A stretch of DNA of 62,752 nt, counting the filler, from Nemertoderma westbladi (lineage: Eukaryota > Animalia > Xenacoelomorpha): assembly GCA_032718475.1 (NCBI GenBank). It is 3 parts of 3 records of this genome, joined end to end, with 100 filler letters (N's around TTAATTAATTAA, not from the genome) between each part and the next. Parts side by side here need not be neighbours in the genome. Positions count along the whole stretch, not along the records: positions 30,836 to 52,617 come from JAUCBJ010000942.1; 2 more parts are not named here. One strand, given 5' to 3'. The first letter of the stretch is position 1, and each line of letters opens with the position of its first letter. Below the pieces are notes generated by a model. That model saw nothing but the letters and a program-made list of their open reading frames with translations, had not been told where the DNA came from and searched no databases. Both the position numbers and the translations under genes were made by a program. Of this stretch, positions 34,038 through 48,600 are shown piece by piece.

Positions 34038-35635
34038 CTTAAATTTGGTTTGGAAATAGCTGATGCATGATGGTTCGAAAGTTGCATGGTTTTCAATCTG
34101 GCTAGGACCCATTTTATTATATTGAATAAATACACCATATTCATAACATTTTCTTTATGTTCCAATATACGTTTCACCGCCCATATTTCAGCTTATTCCT
34201 CAATGAAATTCATACTTTATTACATATTTGAAATCTCGGCAACGTCACCGTTGCATCGGTTGACGGTATCAAATCAACGAATCACAATGAAGTTGAGGAA
34301 TAACTGCGGTGTAACCGATGCAATATCGACGGAGGCATATTTTTCATCGCTTGTAGCTTTTTAATTTAGGCAAAATTAAAAATTCTGACTCGAGGACGTC
34401 ACTAAGGAGGTCAAACAATGTGTTTAAAATAAATTTCATACAAATTACATCTCATTAGGATTTGTAGAAAATAGAAGGGGGGGGGGGGGTCCAAGTCACT
34501 AAATTACACTATATTCCCTGAGACAGTGTTCAGTATAAATGTAATATATTTTATTATAATATTGATTTTGACACGACGGAGTTATGTTTGTTTGTATGTT
34601 TGTACTCTTACAGTGTTTCTAGCGTATCTTTTATGTTATTATAAGCGTCAGTGTTGTTTGATTTAAATCACTTGAAAAAAATATATCCATTTTTTTTTAA
34701 TTTTTTTTTATTAAAAAAAAACATGATTTTTATTAACCATTTTAAGTGAATCTCACGGTTTTTTTAAGTTTATCTTTAGTTTTATAAGTTTATCTTTAGT
34801 TTTATAAGTTTATCTTATATGGTGTTATAAGTGGTTCGTTCTGCTATGGTGATATTGGCGTATCTGTGTTGGTGCTGATGTATTACCTCCTTTGTTACAC
34901 ACCGTATCTACTGAACTAAGAGCCTTGGCGTTTAAGTTAATAATTGGATGTCAGGGGAACGATTATTCGAGTAAATTCGGTTGTTCAAGTCAGGGTATAC
35001 TAATTCGGGTAAATATGGTATGTAGAATTTTTATAATGTTCACATTGTGGGGCCTTCGTGTAGAACGAGGGTGTTTATGTGAAACTGAATGAAAATCTAT
35101 TGGACATAGCCAATGGAAGCTGCAAAATTTATTGACAATAATTTATTGTTATTAACATTTAAGACAGGTCTCTGAAAAGTTATTATTTATTGACGATAGG
35201 ATATTTAGCGTCACCTAGCGGTGGACCATGAAATTGCTCGACGCCAGAAACTGTCCAATTTAATTGAACATTTATTATATAGGAAGGGATCTAGGGGTTG
35301 CTATCAATTTAATTGAAAACATTCCATAGGTGATTCTGTGTAAATATTGTCAACATGTATGGAAGTTAAGCGCCTCCTAGAGGCGGACCATCAAATTGCA
35401 GGCCACCAAAATTATTTAAACGTTCTCTCTACTACATGCTCGTCCCACATCTGCTGGGTTATTATTCATTGTTGATGTTACTTCTCTGATATTATTTATT
35501 GATGTATCTCCTACGGTGTTCATGGGCTCGAGCTACAATTAGCAGACAATGCTGATCTCGAATATGCAGTATGCACTCATGTCGGTTTACATGTCTCTAT
35601 AGAGCAGATAGTGGGGGAAACTGAACGCAATAAAA

Positions 35636-35830
35636 ATAATCCCTCTCCAGGGGAACTTCGACGCAAAAAACAGCTGATTACTCTCAGAAATAAAACTGTA
35701 ACATGTTATATTGTGTTTAGTATATTGTTTTAGTTAAAATAACGTGCCACAGTAACCTGCTCCTTTCCCTAAATTTAGAATTTAACATTGAGGCGGGATA
35801 TTAATTCGCAAATATGAGATTTGCGTCCAG
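35636..35830 (-). repeat. Interspersed repeat family A, copy 1
   Basis: Reverse complement of 54173-54395 and 62555-62752 (GCGAATTAATATCCCGC...TTTAGGGAAAGGA...ACGTTATTTTAAC). Confidence 0.8.
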
Positions 35831-37341
35831 ACCCCCCCCCCCCCCCCCCCCCCCCCTTATCCTATAAAGAGTTCAAACAAAATATTATATAATAGAGTTG
35901 GGCTGCACCGCCAAGCAAAATGGTAAAAAAGATGAAGGATCAACCTACGGATGCCCACAACTGTCAAAGATATAACATTAATAAAACTTAGACAGAATTA
36001 AGTACATTTTATAGAAAGCCTGTATTTTCTAAATTCCGGGGGGCATTTTGCCCTGAGGCCATTTTGACCTATGACACATCGTTAGTGAGGAATGTTTCTC
36101 AAGTCCATTCTCCCATAGATACCCCTTAGGCCTTAACAATGTACTTTGTAACTGATATTTATTCCAGATAACATAATATATTCTAGAATTCCATAATCAA
36201 AGTTATACCATAAAACGGTAATCTGTTAGTCAAGGTAACAGGATTCAATTTTCGGGTTAAGATTCATTATTAACTTACTTTACTCGTCTGGAGCCGTAAG
36301 GTTCACATTACTTCTTTATTGGAGTTTCAGTATTTCTCTATTGCAGTTTTAATGTGATGGGAGGGCTAAGTATTTTAAAATTTACAATAAATCAATAAAT
36401 TGATATGAATTATGAAAAAACATTCCAACATAACATATTAATTGAACTGAATAGAGACACATAAAGAAGTGGGCCTATACATTCTTCTCGAGGCGAGTAA
36501 ATGGTGTGGATTTTCATCAGAACGTCGCCCGTTACTTTTGGATACAACATTTTCAATGTGATGTTCAATGTGTGTTTTGACAAAGCCGGCTAGTTTGAAT
36601 TAAGTTGTGGTCTTGTTTTTTTTTTCGAAATAGTTTCAGAATTTTTTTGCTATGGTGCTGAGAAAAATATTCACAAGCCACACATTTGGCCATCTTTGGA
36701 GATAATAATATTATAATATTATGCTTGCATCATGTCGTGGTTGTACTCTCGTTGCTTCTTACTTGATTATTCTAGATTACTTCACACATTCGTGTTATCA
36801 TGGTGGTTTAAGATGTGGATACAATCTAAGTAACATTGAATATATTTACTGGGACTGGGCAGTGGAGACCGCAGGGAGATTAGCTGGTTATTGATATTCT
36901 TGTGACTTTCTTTCTTATATTTCAAGCTCCTATAACAACTATGATTCTGCGAAGTTATGGTAGTTTGCATTGGGGACTATCAGTAAGGACGAATCATTGC
37001 ACTTTCCTCTTAATCAAATTTTTTTATTCGTTCAACACAAATTGTCATCGATTTTTTCCTTATGCAACCGTCCACGATTTGATGAATTAATGGCTAGAGG
37101 TCAACATTTTTCGTTCCTTACGGATCTAACCTCTTAACCCCAACTACATTTGTGATTTCTAACTATGCCGTATGATGCTTTTCCTAAGTTTGAGTTACAA
37201 TAATCACCCCTTCTTTTACTTAAATTTACTCCAATTTCACAAAATTTAATTTTGAATCAATTCATTCTTATTTCCAAAATTTCTACCTCCGTCTTTCTAT
37301 TGCAGGTTAGTATTTCCCTCCCATCAGTGGCTGGCTGAGCA

Positions 37342-38811
37342 ATGGGCGAAGAGATTGATATGAGCACCGCGATAATAGTAACGGCCGTGGAACCCGATGA
37401 CGTCATTGATTCCCATGTTAAGAACGTCGAAGAGAGATCGAGAAACGCCGAGGGGTCGCATCGTACCATTCCGGGTCCGGTATCCGACGACTACAATCGG
37501 AAACGGAGGCGCGACATCAGTCCCATCGTGTTCGATAAACGATCGGTGAGCTCCAAGGGTTCCTCTCGAGGTCGTTCCAGCTCTTCCGGTTCCTCATCCT
37601 CCAGTTCAACATCTTCGAGTTCCAACTCGGGATCCGGGGGTCGCCATGGGGACCGTCGACGCGCGGACGCCCCCCAGCGTGTCGGAACGGAAGGTCGTCG
37701 TCGCCGGCGGTCCCCCCGTGGTGACGAGAGGAAGCGATCGGAGCGTTCCCCCCGCGCGGAACGCGAGCGGTCTCCGCGTCGCAAACGGAAGTCCCGTTCC
37801 CGATCCAAACCCAAGGAGTCGGGGAGACGGGGGCTCGAGCGGGACGGTGGGGGAAAGCGGGGGGACGGGGGAGGGGCGAAACAGATGGAGGAAAGACATA
37901 AGGACAACAGAGAGGCCAGGGAGGCGAGTTTGGAACGGCATCGAGAGAAAAATAGAAAATACGTTCGGTATTTAATGAGAGAAGCGAGATTCTTCGTGAT
38001 AAAAAGTAACAACCACGAGAACGTGGCGTTGGCCAAGGCGAAAGGGGTTTGGTCAACACCACCTATGAACGAAAAGCGTTTGAACTGGGCCTTCAAAGAG
38101 TCGCGCAATGTAATTCTAATATTCTCTGTGAAGGAGAGCGGAAAGTTTCAGGGCGTAGCGAGATTGGCGAAGTTGTCCAACCGAGATGGGCCTATGGTTC
38201 AGTGGGTTCTTCCGCAAGGGTTGACGAACGCGGCTCTAGGCGGCGTCTTTAAGATCGACTGGCTCAACCGGAAGGATCTGCACTTCGAGAAGACTGCGCA
38301 TCTATTCAACCCCTGGAACGAGAACAAACCAGTTAAGATCGGTCGCGACGGACAGGAGATTGAACCCGGATGCGCCAAGGCGCTGTGTGATCTGTTCCCG
38401 CCTGACGATCACATATCCGTCGCGGATATCGTGCGACGTGTGCGACGCGATCGCGCGATGGAAGGCGATGATATCGATTGTAAGCGTCGTAAAGGCGCGC
38501 CCGAGACGCCGCTGGATGGGGGGTCGGTTCGGGATCGGCGACCTCCACCGAGACGGGACGACGATAGGTACCACCGAGCCGAGCGCTACCGACCCCCCGA
38601 GCGATACGGGTTCCTGCCGCCCCCGCCCCCCATGATGATCCCGGCGGGGGGCGGGGTCTACGGGCCTCCCCCGCCCGGCTACCCCCCAATGCCCCCCCGA
38701 CCCAGCCCCTACTCAGCCCCTATCTACATGGACGCGTCCGGCCCTGTCCCGGGTTACACTCGCTCAGGTAACGGACGCGACGATACCCGGTACCTTCCTC
38801 GACGCAGATAG
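37342..38811 (+). CDS. YTHDC1: YTH domain-containing protein 1 (nuclear m6A reader), 489 aa, single coding exon
   Basis: DC1-type YTH domain: [25 protein letters not shown]...[10 protein letters not shown]...WVLP...LGGVFKIDW...[19 protein letters not shown]...LCDLFPPD, with the W/W/L cage intact. RS-rich N-terminus, Pro/Arg-rich C-terminus. Splice acceptor TTTCTATTGCAG| at 37305 in the 5' UTR. Confidence 0.95.
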   Translation: MGEEIDMSTAIIVTAVEPDDVIDSHVKNVEERSRNAEGSHRTIPGPVSDDYNRKRRRDISPIVFDKRSVSSKGSSRGRSSSSGSSSSSSTSSSSNSGSGGRHGDRRRADAPQRVGTEGRRRRRSPRGDERKRSERSPRAERERSPRRKRKSRSRSKPKESGRRGLERDGGGKRGDGGGAKQMEERHKDNREAREASLERHREKNRKYVRYLMREARFFVIKSNNHENVALAKAKGVWSTPPMNEKRLNWAFKESRNVILIFSVKESGKFQGVARLAKLSNRDGPMVQWVLPQGLTNAALGGVFKIDWLNRKDLHFEKTAHLFNPWNENKPVKIGRDGQEIEPGCAKALCDLFPPDDHISVADIVRRVRRDRAMEGDDIDCKRRKGAPETPLDGGSVRDRRPPPRRDDDRYHRAERYRPPERYGFLPPPPPMMIPAGGGVYGPPPPGYPPMPPRPSPYSAPIYMDASGPVPGYTRSGNGRDDTRYLPRRR

Positions 38812-39634
38812 TTCCGTCGTGGAATATTGGCGCACACGAATTACCTGCATTTAATGACGAGTTATTTCTACATCACGTATTCTTTATAACGCAACTTTTA
38901 TTAAAGACTAAATGATAACGATATGGTAAATGATATGTCCTTCTTTGAGTTATGTAACTTTAACAAATCGTATTATTATTGATATAATAATTTGTTGAAA
39001 TTATTTAAAATCGATTATTTGATTAGTTTACAAATAATATTATTTCAATCGTTATTTTGATGTTTAATGTGGACTTCTGTCAATCTTTTCAGTTAGTAAA
39101 TGTTTGAACATATTGAATAGAATAGATACAGCGTCTCATGTGGGCGAAGGTCCCTCAAATTTTTCATATATTATATCAATATCGGTATGAGAACTCACGT
39201 TTAATTTATTAATTGTTACGATAAAAATTAATAGATACCTAGACCAACGGCATACCAAACCAAGCCAAATCTCCACATAGTTGTCGCAATTTCGTTCCTC
39301 CCTAGTCCCTTTTATCCCTTTCAAGTTGGTCAAGTTCGTCCACGTTAACGCCTAAGTGATCAGAGTACATGTGAAACACGAACCACCGTAGGCAACCCGT
39401 AGGCAACCCGAAGGCTCCTCTCTCTTGGCTGTTACCTGTTAGGCAGGGAGGGAGGACTCCCAAGATCGAATATTTTCACTATCCAACCGTTTTCTTTACT
39501 TCCCCGACATCCATGTTACCGGCCAGGTTCCCATTATAATAGATTATCTATATATAATAGAATAGCTGGGTGGTCTGAAGGTAGTTCATTCGAGTTACAG
39601 CTTAACTAAATCGAGGATGTTCCGTATCTGGGTA

Positions 39635-42600
39635 TGATGCCACACTTACCTACAGTACCTGTTCTACCTCAACCCTGATGCCACACCTACCTACCTACCT
39701 ACCTACCTTGCTACCTCAACTCTGATGATGCCACACTTACCTGCCTGTTTAGATGCCACACTTACCTACCTGTTCTGATGCCACACTTGCCTACTTGTTG
39801 TGATGCCACACTTACCTACTTGTTCTGATGCCACACCTACCTACTTGTTCTGATGCCACACTTACCTACCTGTTCTGATGCCACACTTACCTACTTGTTC
39901 TGATGCCACACTTACATTCTTGTTCTGATGCCACACTTACCTTCTTGTTCTGATGCCACACTTACCTAACTGTTTTGATGCCACACTTACCTACTTGTTC
40001 TGATGCCACACTTACCTACCTGTTCTGATGCCACACTTACCTACTTGTTCTGATGCCACACTTACCTACTTGTTATGATGCCACACTTACCTACCTGTTC
40101 TGATGCCACACTTACCTACTTGTTATGATGCCACACTTACCTACCTGTTCTGATGCCACACTTACCTACCTGTTCTGATGCCACACTTACCTTATTGTTC
40201 TGATGCCACACTTATCTACCTGTTCTGATGCCACACTTACCTACTTGTTCTGATGCCACACTTACCTACCTGTTCTGATGCCACACTTACATACTTGTTC
40301 TGATTCCACACTTATCTACCTGTTCTGATGCCACACTTACCTACTTGTTATGATGCCACACTTACCTACCTGTTCTGATGCCACACTTACATACTTGTTC
40401 TGATTCCACACTTATCTACCTGTTCTGATGCCACACTTACCTACTTGTTATGATGCCACACTTACCAACCTGTTCTGATACCACTCTTACCTACCTATTC
40501 TGATGCCACACTTATCTACCTTGCTACCTCAACTCTGATGCCACACTTACCTACCTTGCTACCTCAACTCTGATGCCACACTTACCTACTTGTTCTGATG
40601 CCACACCTACCTACTTGTTCTGATGCCACACTTACCTACCTGTTCTGATGCCACACTTACCTACTTGTTCTGATGCCACACTTACATTCTTGTTCTGATG
40701 CCACACTTACCTTCTTGTTCTGATGCCACACTTACCTACTTGTTCTGATGCCACACTTACCTACTTGTTCTGATGCCACACTTATCTACCTGTTCTGATG
40801 CCACACTTACCTACTTGTTCTGATGCCACACTTACCTACCTGTTCTGATGCCACACTTACATACTTGTTCTGATTCCACACTTACCTACTTGTTATGATG
40901 CCACACTTACCTACCTGTTCTGATGCCACACTTACCTACTTGTTCTGATGCCACACTTACCTACCTGTTCTGATGCCACACTTACCTACTTGTTCTGATG
41001 ACACACTTACCTACCTGTTCTGATGCCACACTTACCTACTTGTTCTGATGCCACACTTACATTCTTGTTCTGATGCCACACTTACCTTCTTGTTCTGATG
41101 CCACACTTACCTACTTGTTCTGATGCCACACTTACCTACTTGTTCTGATGCCACACTTATCTACCTGTTCTGATGCCACACTTACCTACTTGTTCTGATG
41201 CCACACTTACCTACCTGTTCTGATGCCACACTTACATACTTGTTCTGATTCCACACTTACCTACTTGTTATGATGCCACACTTACCTACCTGTTCTGATG
41301 CCACACTTACCTACTTGTTCTGATGCCACACTTACCTACCTGTTCTGATGCCACACTTACCTACTTGTTCTGATGACACACTTACCTACCTGTTCTGATG
41401 CCACACTTACCTACTTGTTCTGATGCCACACTTATCTACCTGTTCTGATGCCACACTTACATACTTGTTCTGATTCCACACTTACCTACTTGTTATGATG
41501 CCACACTTACCTACCTGTTCTGATGCCACACTTACCTACTTGTTCTGATGCCACACTTACCTACCTGTTCTGATGCCACACTTACATACTTGTTCTGATG
41601 CCACACTTACCTACTTGTTATGATGCCACACTTAGCTACCTGTTCTGATGCCACACTTACCTACTTGTTCTGATGCCACACTTACCTACCTGTTCTGATG
41701 CCACACTTACCTACGTGTTCTGATGCCACACTTACCTACTTGTTCTGAGGCCACACTTATCTACCTGTTCTGATGCCACACTTACCTACTTGTTCTAATG
41801 CCACACTTACCTACTTGTTTTGATGCCACACTTACCTACCTGTTCTGATGCCACACTTACATACTTGTTCTGATGCCACACTTACCTACCTGTTCTGATG
41901 CCACACTTACCTACGTGTTCTGATGCCACACTTACCTACTTGTTCTGATGCCACACTTATCTACCTGTTCTGATGCCACACTTACCTACTTGTTCTGAGG
42001 CCACACTTATCTACCTGTTTTGATGCCACACTTACCTACTTGTTTTGATGCCACACTTACCTACCTGTTCTGATGCCACACTTACATACTTGTTCTGATG
42101 CCACACTTACATACTTGTTCTGATGCCACACTTACCTACTTGTTATGATGCCACACTTAGCTACCTGTTCTGATGCCACACTTACCTACTTGTTCTGATG
42201 CCACACTTACCTACCTGTTCTGATGCCACACTTACCGACGTGTTCTGATGCCACACTTACCTACCTGTTCTGATGCCACACTTACCTACCTGTTCTGATG
42301 CCACACTTACCTACTTGTTCTGAGGCCACACTTATCTACCTGTTCTGATGCCACACTTACCTACTTGTTCTAATGCCACACTTACCTACTTGTTTTGATG
42401 CCACACTTACCTACCTGTTCTGATGCCACACTTACATACTTGTTCTGATTCCACACTTACCTACTTGTTATGATGCCACACTTACCTACCTGTTCTGATG
42501 CCAAACTTACCTACTTGTTCTGATGCCACACTTATCTACCTGTTCTGATGCCACACTTACCTACTTGTTCTGATGCCACACTTACCTACCTGTTCTGATG

Positions 42601-45600
42601 CCACACTTACATACTTGTTCTGATGCCACACTTACCTACTTGTTATGATGCCACACTTAGCTACCTGTTCTGATGCCACACTTACCTACTTGTTCTGATG
42701 CCACACTTACCTACCTGTTCTGATGCCACACTTACCTACTTGTTTTGATGCCACACTTACCTACCTGTTCTGATGCCACACTTACATACTTGTTCTGATT
42801 CCACACTTACCTACTTGTTATGATGCCACACTTACCTACCTGTTCTGATGCCAAACTTACCTTCTTGTTCTGATGCCACACTTACCTACTTGTTCTGATG
42901 CCACACTTACCTACCTGTTCTGATGCCACACTTACATACTTGTTCTGATTCCACACTTACCTACTTGTTATGATGCCACACTTACCTACCTGTTCTGATG
43001 CCACACTTACCTACCTGTTCTGATGCCACACTTACATACTTGTTCTGATTCCACACTTACCTACTTGTTATGATGCCACACTTACCTACCTGTTCTGATG
43101 CCACACTTACCTACTTGTTCTGATGCCACACTTATCTACCTGTTCTGATGCCACACTTACCTACTTGTACTGATGCCACACTTACCTACCTGTTCTGATG
43201 CCACACTTACATACTTGTTCTGATTCCACACTTACCTACTTGTTATGATGCCACACTTACCTACCTGTTCTGATGCCACACTTACCTACCTGTTCTGATG
43301 CCACACTTACCTACGTGTTCTGATGCCACACTTACCTACTTGTTATGATGCCACACTTACCTACTTGTTATGATGCCACACTTACCTACCTGTTCTGATG
43401 CCACACTTATCTACCTGTTCTGATGCCACACTTACCTACTTGTTCTGATGCCACACTTACCTACGTGTTCTGATGCCACACTTACCTACGTGTTCTGATG
43501 CCACACTTACCTACTTGTTATGATGCCACACTTAGCTACCTGTTCTGATGCCACACTTACATACTTGTTCTGATGCCACACTTACCTACCTGTTCTGATG
43601 CCACACTTACATACTTGTTCTGATTCCACACTTACCTACTTGTTATGATGCCACACTTACCTACCTGTTCTGATGCCACACTTACCTACTTGTTCTGATG
43701 CCACACTTATCTACCTGTTCTGATGCCACACTTACATACTTGTTCTGATTCCACACTTACCTACTTGTTATGATGCCACACTTACCTACCTGTTCTGATG
43801 CCACACTTACCTACTTGTTCTGATGCCACACTTACCTACCTGTTCTGATGCCACACTTACCTACGTGTTCTGATGCCACACTTACCTACTTGTTATGATG
43901 CCACACTTACCTACTTGTTCTGATGCCACACTTACCTACTTGTTATGATGCCACACTTACCTACTTGTTTTGATGCCACACTTACCTACTTGTTCTGATG
44001 CCACACTTACCTACCTGTTCTGATGCCACACTTACCTACTTGTTCTGATGCCACACTTACCTACTTGTTCTGATGCCACACTTACCTACCTGTTCTGATG
44101 CCACACGTACCTACTTGTTCTGATGCCACACTTACCTTCTTGTTCTGATGCCACACTCACCTTATTGTTCTGATGCCACACTTACCTAACTGTTTTGATG
44201 CCACACTTACCTACTTGTTCTGATGCCACACTTACCTACTTGTTCTGATGCCACACTTTCCTACTTGTTCTAATGCCACACTTACCTACTTGCTCTGATG
44301 CCACACTTAGCTACCTGTTCTGATGCCACACTTACCTACCTGTTCTGATGCCACACTTTCCTACTTGTTCTGATGCCACACTTACCAACCTGTTCTGATA
44401 CCACTCTTACCTACCTATTCTGATGCCACACTTATCTACCTTGCTACCTCAACTCTGATGCCACACTTACCTACCTTGCTACCTCAACTCTGATGCCACA
44501 CTTATCTACCTTGCTACCTCAACTCTGATGCCACACTTACCTACCTTGCTACCTCAACTCTGATGCCACACTTACCTACTTGTTCTGATGCCACACCTAC
44601 CTACTTGTTCTGAAGCCACACTTACCTACCTGTTCTGATGCCACACTTACCTACTTGTTCTGATGCCACACTTACATTCTTGTTCTGATGCCACACTTAC
44701 CTTCTTGTTCTGATGCCACACTTACCTAACTGTTTTGATGCCACACTTACCTACTTGTTCTGATGCCACACTTACCTACTTGTTCTGATGCCACACTTAC
44801 CTACCTGTTCTGATGCCACACTTACATACTTGTTCTGATTCCACACTTACCTACTTGTTATGATGCCACACTTACCTACCTGTTCTGATGCCACACTTAC
44901 CTACTTGTTCTTATGCCACACTTATCTACCTGTTCTGATGCCACACTTACCTACTTGTTCTGATGCCACACTTACCTACTTGTTCTGATGCCACACTTAC
45001 CTACTTGTTCTGATGCCACACTTACCTACGTGTTCTGATGCCACACTTACCTACCTGTTCTGATGCCACACTTACCTACTTGTTCTGATGCCACACTTAT
45101 CTACCTGTTCTGATGCCACACTTACCTACCTGTTCTGATGCCACACTTACCTACTTGTTATGATGCCACACTTACCTACTTGTTCTGATGCCACACTTAC
45201 CTACCTGTTCTGATGCCACACTTACCTACTTGTTATGATGCCACACTTACCTACCTGTTCTGATGCCACACTTACCTACTTGTTCTGATGCCACACTTAT
45301 CTACCTGTTCTGATGCCACACTTACCTACCTGTTCTGATGCCACACTTACCTACTTGTTATGATGCCACACTTACCTACCTGTTCTGATGCCACACTTAC
45401 CTATTTGTTCTGATGCCACACTTATCTACCTGTTGTGATGCCACACTTACCTACTTGTTCTGATGCCACACTTACCTACTTGTTCTGATGCCACACTTAC
45501 CTACTTGTTCTGATGCCACACTTACCTACGTGTTCTGATGCCACACTTACCTACCTGTTCTGATGCCACACTTACATACTTGTTCTGATTCCACACTTAC

Positions 45601-48600
45601 CTACTTGTTATGATGCCACACTTACCTACTTGTTCTGATGCCACACTTACCTACGTGTTCTGATGCCACACTTACCTACCTGTTCTGATGCCACACTTAC
45701 ATACTTGTTCTGATTCCACACTTACCTACTTGTTATGATGCCACACTTACCTACCTGTTCTGATGCCACACTTACCTACTTGTTCTGATGCCACACTTAT
45801 CTACCTGTTCTGATGCCACACTTACCTACTTGTTCTGATGCCACACTTACCTACCTGTTCTGATGCCACACTTACATACTTGTTCTGATTCCACACTTAC
45901 CTACTTGTTATGATGCCACACTTACCTACCTGTTCTGATGCCACACTTACCTACCTGTTCTGATGCCACACTTACCTACGTGTTCTGATGCCACACTTAC
46001 CTACTTGTTATGATGCCACACTTAGCTACCTGTTCTGATGCCACACTTACCTACTTGTTCTGATGCCACACTTACCTACGTGTTCTGATGCCACACTTAC
46101 CTACGTGTTCTGATGCCACACTTACCTACTTGTTATGATGCCACACTTAGCTACCTGTTCTGATGCCACACTTACCTACTTGTTCTGATGCCACACTTAC
46201 CTACCTGTTCTGATGCCACACTTACATACTTGTTCTGATTCCACACTTACCTACTTGTTATGATGCCACACTTATCTACCTGTTCTGATGCCACACTTAC
46301 CTACTTGTTCTGATGCCACACTTATCTACCTGTTCTGATGCCACACTTACATACTTGTTCTGATTCCACACTTACCTACTTGTTATGATGCCACACTTAC
46401 CTACCTGTTCTGATGCCACACTTACCTACTTGTTCTGATGCCACACTTACCTACCTGTTCTGATGCCACACTTACCTACGTGTTCTGATGCCACACTTAC
46501 CTACGTGTTATGATGCCACACTTACCTACTTGTTCTGATGCCACACTTACCTACTTGTTATGATGCCACACTTACCTACTTGTTTTGATGCCACACTTAC
46601 CTACTTGTTCTGATGCCACACTTACCTACCTGTTCTGATGCCACACTTACCTACTTGTTCTGATGCCACACTTACCTACTTGTTCTGATGCCACACTTAC
46701 CTACCTGTTCTGATGCCACACTTACCTACTTGATCTGATGCCACACTTACCTTCTTGTTCTGATGCCACACTTACCTTATTGTTCTGATGCCACACTTAT
46801 CTAACTGTTTTGATGCCACACTTACCTACTTGTTCTGATGCCACACTTACCTACTTGTTCTGATGCCACACTTTCCTACTTGTTCTGATGCCACACATAC
46901 CTACTTGCTCTGATGCCACACTTAGCTACCTGTTCTGATGCCACACTTACCTACCTGTTCTGATGCCACACTTTCCTACTTGTTCTGATGCCACACTTAC
47001 CAACCTGTTCTGATACCACTCTTACCTACCTATTCTGATGCCACACTTATCTACCTTGCTACCTCAACTCTGATGCCACACTTACCTACCTTGCTACCTC
47101 AACTCTGATGCCACACTTACCTACTTGTTCTGATGCCACACTTACCTACCTGTTCTGATGCCACACTTACCTACTTGTTCTGATGCCACACTTACATTCT
47201 TGTTCTGATGCCACACTTATCTTCTTGTTCTGATGCCACACTTACCAACCTGTTCTGATACCACTCTTACCTACCTATTCTGATGCCACACTTATCTACC
47301 TTGCTACCTCAACTCTGATGCCACACTTACCTACTTGTTCTGATGCCACACCTACCTACTTGTTCTGATGCCACACTTACCTACCTGTTCTGATGCCACA
47401 CTTACATACTTGTTCTGATGCCACACTTACATTCTTGTTCTGATGCCACACTTACCTTCTTGTTCTGATGCCACACTTACCTTATTGTTCTGATGCCACA
47501 CTTACCTAACTGTTTTGATGCCACACTTACCTACTTGTTCTGATGCCACACTTACCTACTTGTTCTGATGCCACACTTACCTACCTGTTCTGATGCCACA
47601 CTTACATACTTGTTCTGATTCCACACTTACCTACTTGTTATGATGCCACACTTACCTACCTGTTCTGATGCCAAACTTACCTACTTGTTCTGATGCCACA
47701 CTTATCTACCTGTTCTGATGCCACACTTACCTACTTGTTCTGATGCCACACTTACCTACCTGTTCTGATGCCACACTTACATACTTGTTCTGATTCCACA
47801 CTTACCTACTTGTTATGATGCCACACTTACCTACCTGTTCTGATGCCACACTTACCTACTTGTTCTGATGCCGCACTTACCTACCTGTTCTGATGCCACA
47901 CTTACCTACGTGTTCTGATGCCACACTTACCTACTTGTTATGATGCCACACTTACCTACCTGTTCTGATGCCACACTTACCTACTTGTTCTGATGCCACA
48001 CTTATCTACCTGTTCTGATGCCACACTTACCTACTTGTTCTGATGCCACACTTACCTACCTGTTCTGATGCCACACTTACATACTTGTTCTGATTCCACA
48101 CTTACCTACTTGTTATGATGCCACACTTACCTACCTGTTCTGATGCCACACTTACCTACTTGTTCTGATGCCACACTTATCTACCTGTTCTGATGCCACA
48201 CTTACCTACTTGTTCTGATGCCACACTTACCTACCTGTTCTGATGCCACACTTACATACTTGTTCTGATTCCACACTTACCTACTTGTTATGATGCCACA
48301 CTTACCTACCTGTTCTGATGCCACACTTACCTACTTGTTCTGATGCCACACTTACCTACTTGTTCTGATGCCACACTTACATACCTGTTCTGATGCCACA
48401 CTTACATACTTGTTCTGATTCCACACTTACCTACTTGTTATGATGCCACACTTACCTACCTGTTCTGATGCCACACTTACCTACTTGTTCTGATGCCACA
48501 CTTATCTACCTGTTCTGATGCCACACTTACCTACTTGTTCTGATGCCACACTTACCTACCTGTTCTGATGCCACACTTACATACTTGTTCTGATTCCACA

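Noticed and set aside
37491-38689. Antisense and alternative-frame ORFs over YTHDC1 (likewise over pol and TRIM)
   Set aside because: Shadow ORFs of real coding sequence.
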